Source: a virus
Length of the DNA stretch: 64,000 bases
IMG/VR virus record: IMGVR_UViG_3300015371_000027
Location: 3,072-67,071 of that record
Reading direction: 5' to 3' (one strand)
Shown here: positions 20,834-29,967 of the stretch, piece after piece
Layout of the letters: each line of letters starts with the position of its first letter
Numbering within the stretch: position 1 is the first letter of the stretch
Translations under genes and position numbers: made by a program
Notes under the pieces: model-generated
Database searches by the model: none
Seen by the model: the letters and a program-made list of their open reading frames with translations, nothing else
What the model was told of the DNA's origin: nothing

Positions 20834-22672
20834 TTATCTATCAGTCGGAATACCTACTTCTCCAGCTTCCCCGATCAATCTCTGGAGAGAAGTATATGAT
20901 ATGTATACAGGAGGATAGCTTTTACCCCATGAATTTCGAAGTTTTACCGCCTGCCTCGAATCACTAGCTCCATTAATACAAATAGCATGACCACCACGAA
21001 TAGAAGACCAATCTGATCTAGTCCCAATCCAGTATTCAGTAATTGCACCGCGTTTCCTCATAACTGGTCTATCAAATTCCGAATACCAGTTACAACCCAA
21101 AACGCAAGGAATTCTCTGATTTATAGCAGCCCTGATATCATCTATTGTCTGAGCCCATCTATATATTTTAACGCCTTCTTTAACATCAGGACCATTACTT
21201 AATCTAGTACGTATATTTTCTATTACATGACCTTTATTTTTCAGCGTATCAAAAGCCGCACGTATGGTAGAACCTTCTTGTGGAGGTGTATTTCTATTAC
21301 CATCTACTAACTGTGCTTGTCTATAAAGCCAGAAAGCATCATAACCTAGATGGATAGCAAGTTTATTTAGAAGACTCATCACCCAGGAGGCAGAGAAACC
21401 TGTACAGTTATGTACGCCTACACCTTCAGCTATGTAAGATTCATCTCCCTCAACCGACATATTATATACGTAGTCATCGAATTTCGTGCTCTCTATTTTA
21501 CGTAATTTTCTCCACGTATAATGTTCATCACTCTCAGCCCGCCAGTGTTTATTAGTATCTAGTTGAAAACCAACTTCCCATATATTTTGTCGAACCTTAG
21601 CATACCTGTTATTAGAGGGCTCGCGTGTACTTATAATAGGTTGGTAGCCTAGATAATTAATAATCTCAAACATACCAATTGCTAGATCATGAGAAATGGT
21701 AACTCCAGAAACTACATTTCGTTTACCATTAGAAGTTTCATACCTACAATGACCATCTCCTAGTAACCAACCTTCTACAAGTCCAGCTAGAAATTCATCA
21801 GGGCCTGAGATAATATCAGGATGAATAAACTTACTTCCTGATCCAGTTGCACATAATTTTTCAAATAATGTTTTCCATATTTTACCAAATATAGTTACAA
21901 CTATACTACCATTACCTCTAATCTGCACGTAAGGCTCAACACCTAGTTTCTCTCTAAGTAGCTGATCTAATCTAGGAACAAGTGTTTTTCTTTCATGACC
22001 ACCAAAATAGAATGATACTTTATTTGATGTAGTAGCTCCTTCAGCTAAAAATAAACCCACTATAACACCAAAATCATTATCTAATATAATCTCTTTAGGT
22101 GCAGGATTTAATCTTACAGTACAAATTCTACGACCAGGAATTTGCCAATTTCTTGTTCCTGTAGTTTGAATTCTATTAAGATTAATATCTGCAAGATAAT
22201 TGTAAGGCTTTATTTTCTTACTTACGTACTCGGTAAGACACTTAGGGAATGCTATAAAATCATCTTCAGTAAGATTTTTAGCTTTAATATATCCTCTTTT
22301 TGTTAGAACAGGATGTTCAGGTGTGAGAGCAAGATGTTTATGACCCCATATAACTAAATTTAGTATATCTCCTTTATACTTTCTAACACTTAAATTAGTT
22401 ACCTGCCCTACTCCACATTCAGCAGTCATAACTCTATCAAGAAGATTTACATCTTCTATATGCTTGATAGAGCCATCAGACATTAGAATGTGAGTTCCAG
22501 CAGGAAAACACGCGCCTTCGTTTCCCTGATTATAGAAAACGATCAATTCATCCATATAAGGTGTAGTTATAGTAGTCTCCACCTTTTTAGGGACTGGTAA
22601 AGCTGCACCTCTAATCGGATACTTCTCTACATGCTCCCAATCCTGCGGTATCTTTCTACCTAAACCAGCCAT
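20834..22672 (-). CDS. Papain-like (C1) cysteine peptidase containing an intein
   Basis: Exteins NQGNEGA|CTGFS (oxyanion Gln, catalytic Cys), GGHAICING (His), LRNSWG (Asn). Confidence 0.85.
   Translation of the reverse strand: MAGLGRKIPQDWEHVEKYPIRGAALPVPKKVETTITTPYMDELIVFYNQGNEGACFPAGTHILMSDGSIKHIEDVNLLDRVMTAECGVGQVTNLSVRKYKGDILNLVIWGHKHLALTPEHPVLTKRGYIKAKNLTEDDFIAFPKCLTEYVSKKIKPYNYLADINLNRIQTTGTRNWQIPGRRICTVRLNPAPKEIILDNDFGVIVGLFLAEGATTSNKVSFYFGGHERKTLVPRLDQLLREKLGVEPYVQIRGNGSIVVTIFGKIWKTLFEKLCATGSGSKFIHPDIISGPDEFLAGLVEGWLLGDGHCRYETSNGKRNVVSGVTISHDLAIGMFEIINYLGYQPIISTREPSNNRYAKVRQNIWEVGFQLDTNKHWRAESDEHYTWRKLRKIESTKFDDYVYNMSVEGDESYIAEGVGVHNCTGFSASWVMSLLNKLAIHLGYDAFWLYRQAQLVDGNRNTPPQEGSTIRAAFDTLKNKGHVIENIRTRLSNGPDVKEGVKIYRWAQTIDDIRAAINQRIPCVLGCNWYSEFDRPVMRKRGAITEYWIGTRSDWSSIRGGHAICINGASDSRQAVKLRNSWGKSYPPVYISYTSLQRLIGEAGEVGIPTDR
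21407..22510 (-). mobile_element. Intein with LAGLIDADG homing endonuclease (368 aa)
   Basis: Starts CFPAGTHILMSDG; block B LTPEHPVLT; LAGLIDADG helices VGLFLAEG and EGWLLGDG; ends VYNMSVEGDESYIAEGVGVHN then C+1. Confidence 0.93.
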
Positions 22673-22694
22673 ATTTAATCCTTAAACATAGACG

Positions 22695-22731
22695 AAAAAA
22701 AAAGGGTTATACCTGTTTCCAGGTATAACCC
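22695..22731 (-). terminator. Intrinsic terminator upstream of peptidase/terminase genes
   Basis: Minus strand GGGTTATACCTG-GAAA-CAGGTATAACCC followed by 9 T. Confidence 0.85.
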
Positions 22732-22798
22732 ATAACGCCTGTTCATGTGTGGTCGGTGTAGAGGTTATCAGGAGAAAGCTACTCCCAAGCCCAACTTC

Positions 22799-22827
22799 AT
22801 TATACCCTAGTTGTCAAGTAACGTCAC
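22799..22827 (-). promoter_or_regulatory. Sigma70-like promoter
   Basis: Minus strand GTGACG-N17-TATAAT in intergenic gap. Confidence 0.55.
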
Positions 22828-22842
22828 ATAGCCCCTTTTTAG

Positions 22843-23307
22843 TTAAAAAGTAAGATCAACCGTAGCCTGCATTACACTCCGAACAATGTCTTGTTGCGTA
22901 CCTTTGATTATATCTGGATTACTTTCTTTCATAATAGCCATTACTTTAGCATGTTGACTATTAGATATCTGTTTGGCAACAAATGTAATCGGGATTATCT
23001 TCTTCCAGATATAATAACCGATCTCTTTAGTTAAAACATCGAAACCTTTAGTCTCTAACGTAAAGCCCTTATTTCTAAGAGTCTTAGCCATCGTCTTAAT
23101 CTTATCATCAGTCATGTAGATTTTATGAAAGGCTTCTCTGATAGCCATATTTAGAGCCTGAATTCCCATATGCTCCAGATCGCCTTCCAAACCTAACATA
23201 TGGCCTATAATAACAAGCCATCCTAAACTAATATCTCCTCTAACAGTCGTCTCACCATACGGATCGGCTGTAAAGATAGTTTTCTTCGGAGCGGCTGTCG
23301 TAGTCAT
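22843..23307 (-). CDS. Hypothetical protein
   Basis: 154 aa, AAGGAG RBS. Confidence 0.65.
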   Translation of the reverse strand: MTTTAAPKKTIFTADPYGETTVRGDISLGWLVIIGHMLGLEGDLEHMGIQALNMAIREAFHKIYMTDDKIKTMAKTLRNKGFTLETKGFDVLTKEIGYYIWKKIIPITFVAKQISNSQHAKVMAIMKESNPDIIKGTQQDIVRSVMQATVDLTF

Positions 23308-23319
23308 AATTGTCTCCTT

Positions 23320-23586
23320 CTATATAGTGGGTTTAGGGAATCTAACGTATAGAACTCTATACTTAAAAGGTGTCGTCCCTGGTTCCTTACTATCGTAATC
23401 TGTTTCTGTCTTATCTCCTTTTTTAATAAATACAGGAGTAGCAGCAGCTTCCATTTCCAATTCTGATAAAACCATTTCCTTATCTTTTAATTCATCTTCT
23501 CCTGCTGCTGCTCCTCTAGCAGTAAGCCTAATTAAAGCCTCTACTGCTTCTCCCCATTCAGCTTTATCCGAAACATCATCAGGCAT
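23320..23586 (-). CDS. Hypothetical protein
   Basis: 88 aa, GGAGG RBS, coupled to neighbours. Confidence 0.6.
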   Translation of the reverse strand: MPDDVSDKAEWGEAVEALIRLTARGAAAGEDELKDKEMVLSELEMEAAATPVFIKKGDKTETDYDSKEPGTTPFKYRVLYVRFPKPTI

Positions 23587-24007
23587 GAGGATTACCTCCG
23601 CCTAGAAATGGACTTTCTGTACCTGCATCTACAGGATCAGTAGGCGGATTAATAGGACTATCTGTTCCGCCTCCTCCACTATGAGGCTGCGTACCAGGCC
23701 CGAAGAAAGATAGCCTTAAATACCTTACATAAACTCTCAAATTCGAGTTATCTGTCACGTTTCTATCTCTAGAACCACCTAGCTTTAGAGATACAGGTAT
23801 CGCGGGAGCCGCAGCAATCTCTATACCTCCTTCTATATGAGTATTAGTAATGATATTATGGTCATATTTACCCTCTATTTCCACCTCTGCGAGAGGTAAA
23901 AAAGGAGTTTCCGCTTCTAAACTATTCTTAAGAACAGTTTTTACTGTTTGCCCTATTCCTGCGCCTAACTCTGGCATTTGTCGCCCCTTATCTCTGGAAG
24001 AATACAC
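23579..24007 (-). CDS. Hypothetical protein
   Basis: 142 aa, coupled ORF. Confidence 0.55.
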   Translation of the reverse strand: MYSSRDKGRQMPELGAGIGQTVKTVLKNSLEAETPFLPLAEVEIEGKYDHNIITNTHIEGGIEIAAAPAIPVSLKLGGSRDRNVTDNSNLRVYVRYLRLSFFGPGTQPHSGGGGTDSPINPPTDPVDAGTESPFLGGGNPHA

Positions 24008-24013
24008 ATAATA

Positions 24014-24979
24014 CTATTCCTCGTCCATGTCATCTTCATCTTCTTCTATAGGTTTAGTGTAATTACTAGGGTTAACACCAAAAGGTACATCAATAACATC
24101 GTCATCATTCGTTTCATCGACTATATTAGGTCTTTCTTTCATAAAACCAGCGTTTCGGCGCTCCTCCATAAACTTCCTAATTCCTGGAAGAGAACCTTTA
24201 GGCACCTGCATTAGCTTTTCTACATCATCAGCAATCATCTCCAGTATAGTTATATCCTTAACATGATTATTAACGATAGCGACCAGTCCAGTAGCAAACT
24301 GAATAGCCTGTTCTGCTGTTAATTGGCGCATTTTAGAAGAAATTAGCTTCGATTCTGTTTCGCTTAATTTCCTTCTATGCTCCTGATGCGTCTTAATTCT
24401 ATCTACAGATGCCTTTTTACTCTTAAACTGCTCTACAGCGATAGCAATAGCGTATGCTCTATCCCTTAATTTTTCTGTTCCTTTATGGGTAACATCGTCT
24501 GCAAGTTCGATGATATCAGCAGATAGTTCTTCTATAACCTTCATAGAAGCGAAATTGAAGTCCTTAAATCCTTCGATTTCTTCTGAAATAACAGCATCTA
24601 TAAAAGCTATCTCTGACTTTACCGACACAACTTCCTCGTCAGGAAGTTGCATCGTCGTAATGAAAGAACCAACCATTCCTGGAGGTAAATGGCTATATTT
24701 GGCCGTCATGCCCTTCATTTCGGGCATTTTTGCTAACGCTGTATTCTTCGGATAAGCTTTACCTTTATGCTTCCAGCATCTACCATTAGGTCCTACAGGC
24801 TTTCTAATACATATCTCATCATTTCCTAGCTGACTTATAGCGCCACAGATAGGTTCATTAGTTTTAGGATGGAGAGCAAATACCTTTGTTCCATATTCAT
24901 CTATATATAAGGGCTTTTTCTTATTTTTATAAACTAAATCTAGCCTTCTTTCATCTCCTTTTTTCTTCTTTACTTTCAT
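24014..24979 (-). CDS. Probable terminase small subunit (HGGxSTG-like Cys/His domain)
   Basis: ICGA....C.RKPVGPNGRCWKHKG motif plus helical oligomerisation region; upstream of terL. Confidence 0.55.
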   Translation of the reverse strand: MKVKKKKGDERRLDLVYKNKKKPLYIDEYGTKVFALHPKTNEPICGAISQLGNDEICIRKPVGPNGRCWKHKGKAYPKNTALAKMPEMKGMTAKYSHLPPGMVGSFITTMQLPDEEVVSVKSEIAFIDAVISEEIEGFKDFNFASMKVIEELSADIIELADDVTHKGTEKLRDRAYAIAIAVEQFKSKKASVDRIKTHQEHRRKLSETESKLISSKMRQLTAEQAIQFATGLVAIVNNHVKDITILEMIADDVEKLMQVPKGSLPGIRKFMEERRNAGFMKERPNIVDETNDDDVIDVPFGVNPSNYTKPIEEDEDDMDEE

Positions 24980-25427
24980 CCTTATTCCTCGCTAAACTTT
25001 CGTATATAGTAACTATAATCATCGAATAGTTCGCATTATCTATAGCCGTATCGACAAAACTCTCGTCTTTTACCTCATAATACTCCCTTCTAGCAAAAGT
25101 TTTAAGACGAGCCCACTTATCCATCATTCTAATCATAACGCCTTTCCAGGCAGGTATCCCTATTTCCTCGCTTGCCATTAAATTAGAACGATAACTAGGA
25201 TCATTATCACAATAATCGCTACCTTTTTCTATTAACTTAACAGCACAACGAACCATTACATTAAAAATATCAGGTCGTTTTCTATATAAATCATATAGAA
25301 TTTCGCTATCTTTTACAGGAATACACCCCGTCATCGTAGGACGCATCTCGTTATCTCTTAAAGGGGCTGTATTCCCCTCGCCCTCATGTGTATCATCTCT
25401 ATATACAACGGTGTTATTATCTTCCAT
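24951..25427 (-). CDS. DUF1599 / nucleotide-modification-associated domain protein
   Basis: KGSDY...GVMIRMMDKWARL...ESFVDTAIDNANYS signature. Confidence 0.75.
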   Translation of the reverse strand: MEDNNTVVYRDDTHEGEGNTAPLRDNEMRPTMTGCIPVKDSEILYDLYRKRPDIFNVMVRCAVKLIEKGSDYCDNDPSYRSNLMASEEIGIPAWKGVMIRMMDKWARLKTFARREYYEVKDESFVDTAIDNANYSMIIVTIYESLARNKDESKEEKRR

Positions 25428-26103
25428 AGATTCCTCGGGATTTCATTCGCGCAAAATTCTGGAAAGCAATTTAGATGTACCTTATAGATTCCGTCCTTTA
25501 GAATTATTTCCATGAAATAAGGATCATCAGGATCGAAATCTTGTTCGCAGGACATACACCATCTCGGAGGAGATAAATTCTGGAAGGAAATAATATTCAT
25601 ATTAGATTCCCCATTTTTCCTTCATCATCTTAATAAACTCCGGGGCGCTTATGATATGAGATTGTTCCAAATATCTTAACGCCCGTATAAAATCATGTTT
25701 AAGATGAGATATAGGATGAGCAGCGCAAGTCATAATATGACGGCTTACGGCCTGTACAGACATACGATCAGGCGGTTCTACCGCTTTACTAGGGTGCCCT
25801 TCAGCATCCACCTCGAAGGTCTGACCACAGTAGGCACAGTAGGTAAAGCCTGGTTTATATGTACGCTCGTTATCTTCTACTTTAATAGCAGTATTACTAA
25901 CAGTATTATCCTGTTCCATGCTTTATCTCCTCTAAATCTCTGGAAGATATATTTGCAGCTTGTATAGCTTTGGTTATACGTTCAAGCATAGCATTATTTC
26001 TTCTAGCTAAAGGAGTATCATAAGATCGAAAAATGAAATCTTGTGTTTCTATAACGGCTGTAGCTCCGATTTGTGCTAACTTTTTAGTAAGATCGTTACT
26101 CAT
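25358..26103 (-). other. Three small hypothetical ORFs (25358..25600, 25602..25919, 25906..26103)
   Basis: Contiguous minus-strand ORFs; two have CxxC pairs. Confidence 0.55.
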
Positions 26104-26118
26104 AGCTAATGTATTCTC

Positions 26119-27006
26119 CTATATCAGTGTTAAAGCTTTAGAGTCCCATATTCTTACTTCTTTTCCATCATTGTTCGCTATGCAGATACAAAAGAAAACT
26201 CTTCCTTCTTCAGACCTGTTCCATAGCGCGACAAGTATATCACAATTCTTCACTAGCTTCACACACCTGGATTGTAGCTTATTCCATGTTCTAGGTATCT
26301 CACTTTCATTAACATTAACCACGTTAATTTCTCTATTTAACCTCTTACCTACTTCAATAACTTGATTACAGAAACTATTAGTATCGCTTTCACAGTACCA
26401 TTTAGCTTTAGGAAACTCTTTAGCAATCCTTTTTATATATAAAGGGTCTATAGTACTATCTTTACTCCCTATAAAGCTGATTGCTTTTGGATTTTTAACG
26501 CGAGGACTATTGACTGCATCATGTATCGCGTTAATCATCTTTCTCTTTTCTTCTTCCTCTTTTAACTTTGCTTTTCTTTGTCTAGCTTTTTCTATATTAT
26601 TTTGACGTTCAGCACCATTTACTATAATAGGGTCTAAAGTTAATACTTCTCTATTTAAGGTTTGAGCATATCTAAGTGTGCGACCGATTAAACCTCTAGG
26701 TTTGTTATCTGTTAATATAACAACCAGATTAGAGGCTTTTATAAGCCTTTCACTCTTAAATGGAATTCTTTCATCCTTCCAATCCGAGCATATCCACGAT
26801 ACAGGCATAGGTTTAGGATTAATACAAACCGATGTTAAATCCATATCAAACTTTTTACCTACTCTCATTATTTGTTTATCAAAATCAGAATTTGCACCAT
26901 GATACCATTCAGCAAAAGGATACTCATTAATTAGCTCTATTAAATCACTATCACTCGCACAATAACCTCTAATACCGATAAAACCTATTATCATTTTCCT
27001 TTTCAT
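26119..27006 (-). CDS. Tandem SLOG-family (YspA/DprA-like) domain protein
   Basis: Two repeats: IGFIGIR...WYHGANSDFD...ASNLVVIL and ISFIGSK...WYCESD...NCDILVALWN. Confidence 0.6.
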   Translation of the reverse strand: MKRKMIIGFIGIRGYCASDSDLIELINEYPFAEWYHGANSDFDKQIMRVGKKFDMDLTSVCINPKPMPVSWICSDWKDERIPFKSERLIKASNLVVILTDNKPRGLIGRTLRYAQTLNREVLTLDPIIVNGAERQNNIEKARQRKAKLKEEEEKRKMINAIHDAVNSPRVKNPKAISFIGSKDSTIDPLYIKRIAKEFPKAKWYCESDTNSFCNQVIEVGKRLNREINVVNVNESEIPRTWNKLQSRCVKLVKNCDILVALWNRSEEGRVFFCICIANNDGKEVRIWDSKALTLI

Positions 27007-27291
27007 TCCTTAACTATAAAGGACTGTAAAAATAATAGATATTACGATCTCCTTATCATCGCAACATCTACATCTTCTGTTCGCTCTATTATCTAGTATA
27101 CGATCTTTTGTACTGAATTCCTTCTTGTTCCGAAAAGCGTGCCTAACTGTTAGAACGACTAAAGTGTAGACGAACTCGTCTGAATAATTGTATGAGTTAG
27201 GACTCAGGGTAGGTAGCGAGAGAAAAAAAAGTGTGCCGAGAGAGGTGTGGGCTAGATTACAACTCTTTATCATCGCAACATCTCTGGAAGG

Positions 27292-27346
27292 ATATGTAAA
27301 ACATATGTAAAACATATGTAAAACATATGTAAAACATATGTAAAAC
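27292..27346. repeat. Tandem repeat (ATATGTAAAAC) x5
   Basis: Five perfect 11-bp units read directly. Confidence 0.97.
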
Positions 27347-27484
27347 ATAACGTTATATAATAGGAAATCCCCCTGGACCCCCTATCGTGGGCTTAGTGAC
27401 AGTGTAATCTGGGTTACGCTGCCTTATATTTTATATTATCCTAAGTATAAGTATACTTATGAGTTATCTAAGTACTTAGTACTA

Positions 27485-27547
27485 AGTACTAAGTACTTAG
27501 TACTAAGTATAAGTAGTACTTATACTTAGTACTAAGTACTTAGTACT
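27485..27547. repeat. Perfect palindrome, 31-bp arms around G27516
   Basis: AGTACTAAGTACTTAGTACTAAGTATAAGTA-G-TACTTATACTTAGTACTAAGTACTTAGTACT checked base by base. Confidence 0.95.
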
Positions 27548-27558
27548 AAGTATAAGTA

Positions 27559-27584
27559 GTACTACTACTACGTAGTAGTAGTAC
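27559..27584. repeat. Perfect 26-bp palindrome
   Basis: GTACTACTACTACGTAGTAGTAGTAC. Confidence 0.95.
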
Positions 27585-28645
27585 CTTATTCGCGCACGCG
27601 CATGTATATATCATATACGCGCATGTGTATATGATATACGCATACGAGCAACTTCCCTAGCAACTTTTTCCTACATCACCTACCCTAAGCTCTAACACAT
27701 ACAATTATTCGCATAGCCTCCGACACATAGTAGCCACCCTAACGGTTAAACCGCCCGGAAGGATAATCGAACTCTACGGTTAATTATATAAGTATTCTTC
27801 CAGAAATAAGCGCGATTTTCTAAAATCTAAAATTTTTATTTTAGATCATATTTTCTTCCAGAAATAGGGGGGGGGTATTAATAATTAAAATAAGGTTTAT
27901 TTTCTAAATATTAAAATTTTTCTGTAATAAGGCTCCCGACTGTTTTCGAACCTACAATTCCCGGACCACCCCCTTATGGTATACACTTAACCCTTACAAC
28001 CCTGCCTAATGTAAATCGAGATTATATTGTCCCCCTAACAAGCCCTAACAAACGCCCTATTCGATTACTATTATTAGTTTCCCTTTAGTTTTTGCAACCT
28101 GGTCGTACATACCATTCCTCTCCTGGTCGTCCCTCTCTCGTCCCTCTCCCATCGCAGGCAGGGTTCCTCTCACCTTCCCTCGCCCATTGGCATACCCCTA
28201 GAAAGCGTCCAGAACTGCGAGAAAACCCTTCTACGTCCCTCTACGTCCTTCCGCCTCTCCCGTCTCTCTCGTTAAGCCCTTAAGAACCCTCGCCCCTTTC
28301 CCGAACCCCCTTTCCACCCTATTTCCTACCCCTAGAAAACGGGTCAGACATGTCTATGGAAAAGACTAGTAACCCCTTTCCGAACCCCCGCAAAACCCCC
28401 TGAGCAGCGAAACAATAGTAATCGAAACTACCCCATTTCTAAACATGATCTAAAGATTGTTTTCGTGTCTCCCGCCGTAGACAGGAACTATTTTCGTCCC
28501 TCTAAAATCCCTCTATATTTACCCGTCCCCTGGCCTTATCCGTCTCCCTTCCCATATTCCCCCTACCCATTACTATTACCCATACCCCATTTATATTCCC
28601 GCTCACTCTCCCGCAACAAACTCGCGCACCTATTCCTTCCAGAAC

Positions 28646-28674
28646 TTGACCTCTCATGTAGGAGTGGATAGGGT
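28646..28674 (+). promoter_or_regulatory. Putative early promoter
   Basis: TTGACC-N17-TAGGGT; CTTCCAGAA motif just upstream of the -35. Confidence 0.45.
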
Positions 28675-28680
28675 AGGGCA

Positions 28681-29530
28681 GACCCGAGAAAAAACGGGCC
28701 GGCGGAACTCCCTTACCGGGGTTCCCCTCTCCCCTCTCCATCCTTACCGACGCGAGAGGCGAACAGCAGACAGAGGAACTCTCTTAAACCTCTCCTGTAA
28801 TAACGGCGGATAGCTAACCCGATACAAAACACTCCCTTCCGGTTAGATCGGTTCCCGAAAGACGTTACTCTTTCCCGAACCCTTCTAGTGTGAACCGGCT
28901 AGAGACCAAAGGGAGAAAGCGGCGAAAAGCCCACTTGGTTGTAACCCTCTCCTTAAGAGACGGCCAGACGAGAATCGGAAGCTAAGGCAAACGAATAGAG
29001 AGAACGCGAAACCTTCCCTAGCAGGAAGGCGAACCGGCTAGCACTTCGAAGGCGAAAGAAGCCTCTACGGTTTCCCGAACCCTCTCGCTGTCCGATTCTC
29101 CCTCTTGCCTGTTCTTATCGACTAGGGACACCATAGGGTTTCCTTCCAGAGATTCCGGGTAGTAACGATACCCCATTTCGAAGGACGTTCTTTCTAGCTT
29201 CGTAGCTACAAACAGGGTTGATAATCGAATAACGGTATGTCCCTTATAACCCTTCCGATTCTACTCGAATCGCGGATAGTCTTAATAGGCGAGAAGGAAC
29301 CTCATTCCTTCTGAACCGAACCGACTAACCCTTTTCGAATGAACAGCGCGAAGGACGGTCTGATAGTTACCCGGAAACACAAGCGTAGCAGGAGAGGGAA
29401 CCACTAGCCTATCCGTACCAAGAGGTTCAATTCCCGACGGGAGTAGGTTCCTCGGTTTCCTACAGAGGAACTCCTGCGATGAAACCTACCCTTCTTCCCC
29501 GAAGGGCTAGGCTTACCGGGTAAAGTGTAT
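28681..29530 (+). ncRNA. Putative large structured non-coding RNA
   Basis: No credible ORF; several long-range complementary segments and hairpins; family not recognised. Confidence 0.5.
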
Positions 29531-29561
29531 GAATCCCTCAGGTTTCCTGCCTGAGTGGTGT

Positions 29562-29630
29562 TAGGTCTGGCAGGCAAAGGGTTTCCTGCGAGTGTATGCG
29601 ACACTTACCCGTTCGAATCGGGCGGACCTA
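29562..29630 (+). ncRNA. tRNA-like element 1
   Basis: TAGGTCTG/CGGACCTA stem; GCAGG..CCTGC arm; AGTGT..ACACT arm; CCCG-TTCGAAT-CGGG. Confidence 0.7.
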
Positions 29631-29675
29631 TTCCTAGCATAATGCTAGGCTGTTACCTTCCAGAGGTAAGTTTCC

Positions 29676-29858
29676 GTGATTATCCTAATCGAAGAGGAAG
29701 ACGGCCGTTTCTATGTCCTGTTCAGCAAGTCTGACTCTGGTATATGGCAGGAGTATGCCTGCTACCCTTCCCTGAGGGAAGCAAAAGACCGCGCAGGAAC
29801 CTTTGCCCGGCAGAATGGAACGGGATTCTTCCTAGCTGAGAACTACTTCTCAGACTAA
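29676..29858 (+). CDS. Small early protein
   Basis: 60 aa, GAGGT RBS, sits between tRNA-like elements 1 and 2. Confidence 0.6.
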   Translation: MIILIEEEDGRFYVLFSKSDSGIWQEYACYPSLREAKDRAGTFARQNGTGFFLAENYFSD

Positions 29859-29866
29859 CCGCAGCA

Positions 29867-29907
29867 GACAGGAATGGTTTCCAGAGGGTTCGATTCCCTC
29901 TCCTGTC
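29867..29907 (+). ncRNA. tRNA-like element 2 (minihelix)
   Basis: GACAGGA-ATGGTTTCCA-GAGGG-TTCGATT-CCCTC-TCCTGTC: 7-bp acceptor plus 5-bp T-arm. Confidence 0.75.
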
Positions 29908-29967
29908 CTGTCCCCATAACCCTCGGCAATCTAGCCAGGGGTTCCTTCCAGAGATAAGGTTACCATC

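Larger units (their letters stand above)
27182..27710. repeat. Imperfect inverted repeat pair (27182-27214 / 27678-27710)
   Basis: 29 of 33 identical: GAATAATTGTATGAGTTAGGACTCAGGGTAGGT vs GAATAATTGTATGTGTTAGAGCTTAGGGTAGGT. Confidence 0.85.

Noticed and set aside
27010-27348. 112-aa ORF MFYICFTYVLHMFYICFTY...
   Set aside because: Start is a translation of the 11-bp tandem repeat; region looks regulatory.
27290-27590. CRISPR array
   Set aside because: Repeats are directly tandem or palindromic with no unique spacers; the Cas4-like gene is a standard phage recombination nuclease.
29110-29290. Group I intron core (GACTA / TAGTC P7-like pair), hammerhead (CTGATAG) or RNase P RNA
   Set aside because: Only fragments match; no interrupted host gene; CTGANGA and GAGGAAAGTCC consensus absent.
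29415-29445. Additional T-loop elements GG-TTCAATT-CC (and TTCGACT near 40454)
   Set aside because: Flanking stems do not pair beyond about 2 bp and there is no acceptor-like helix.
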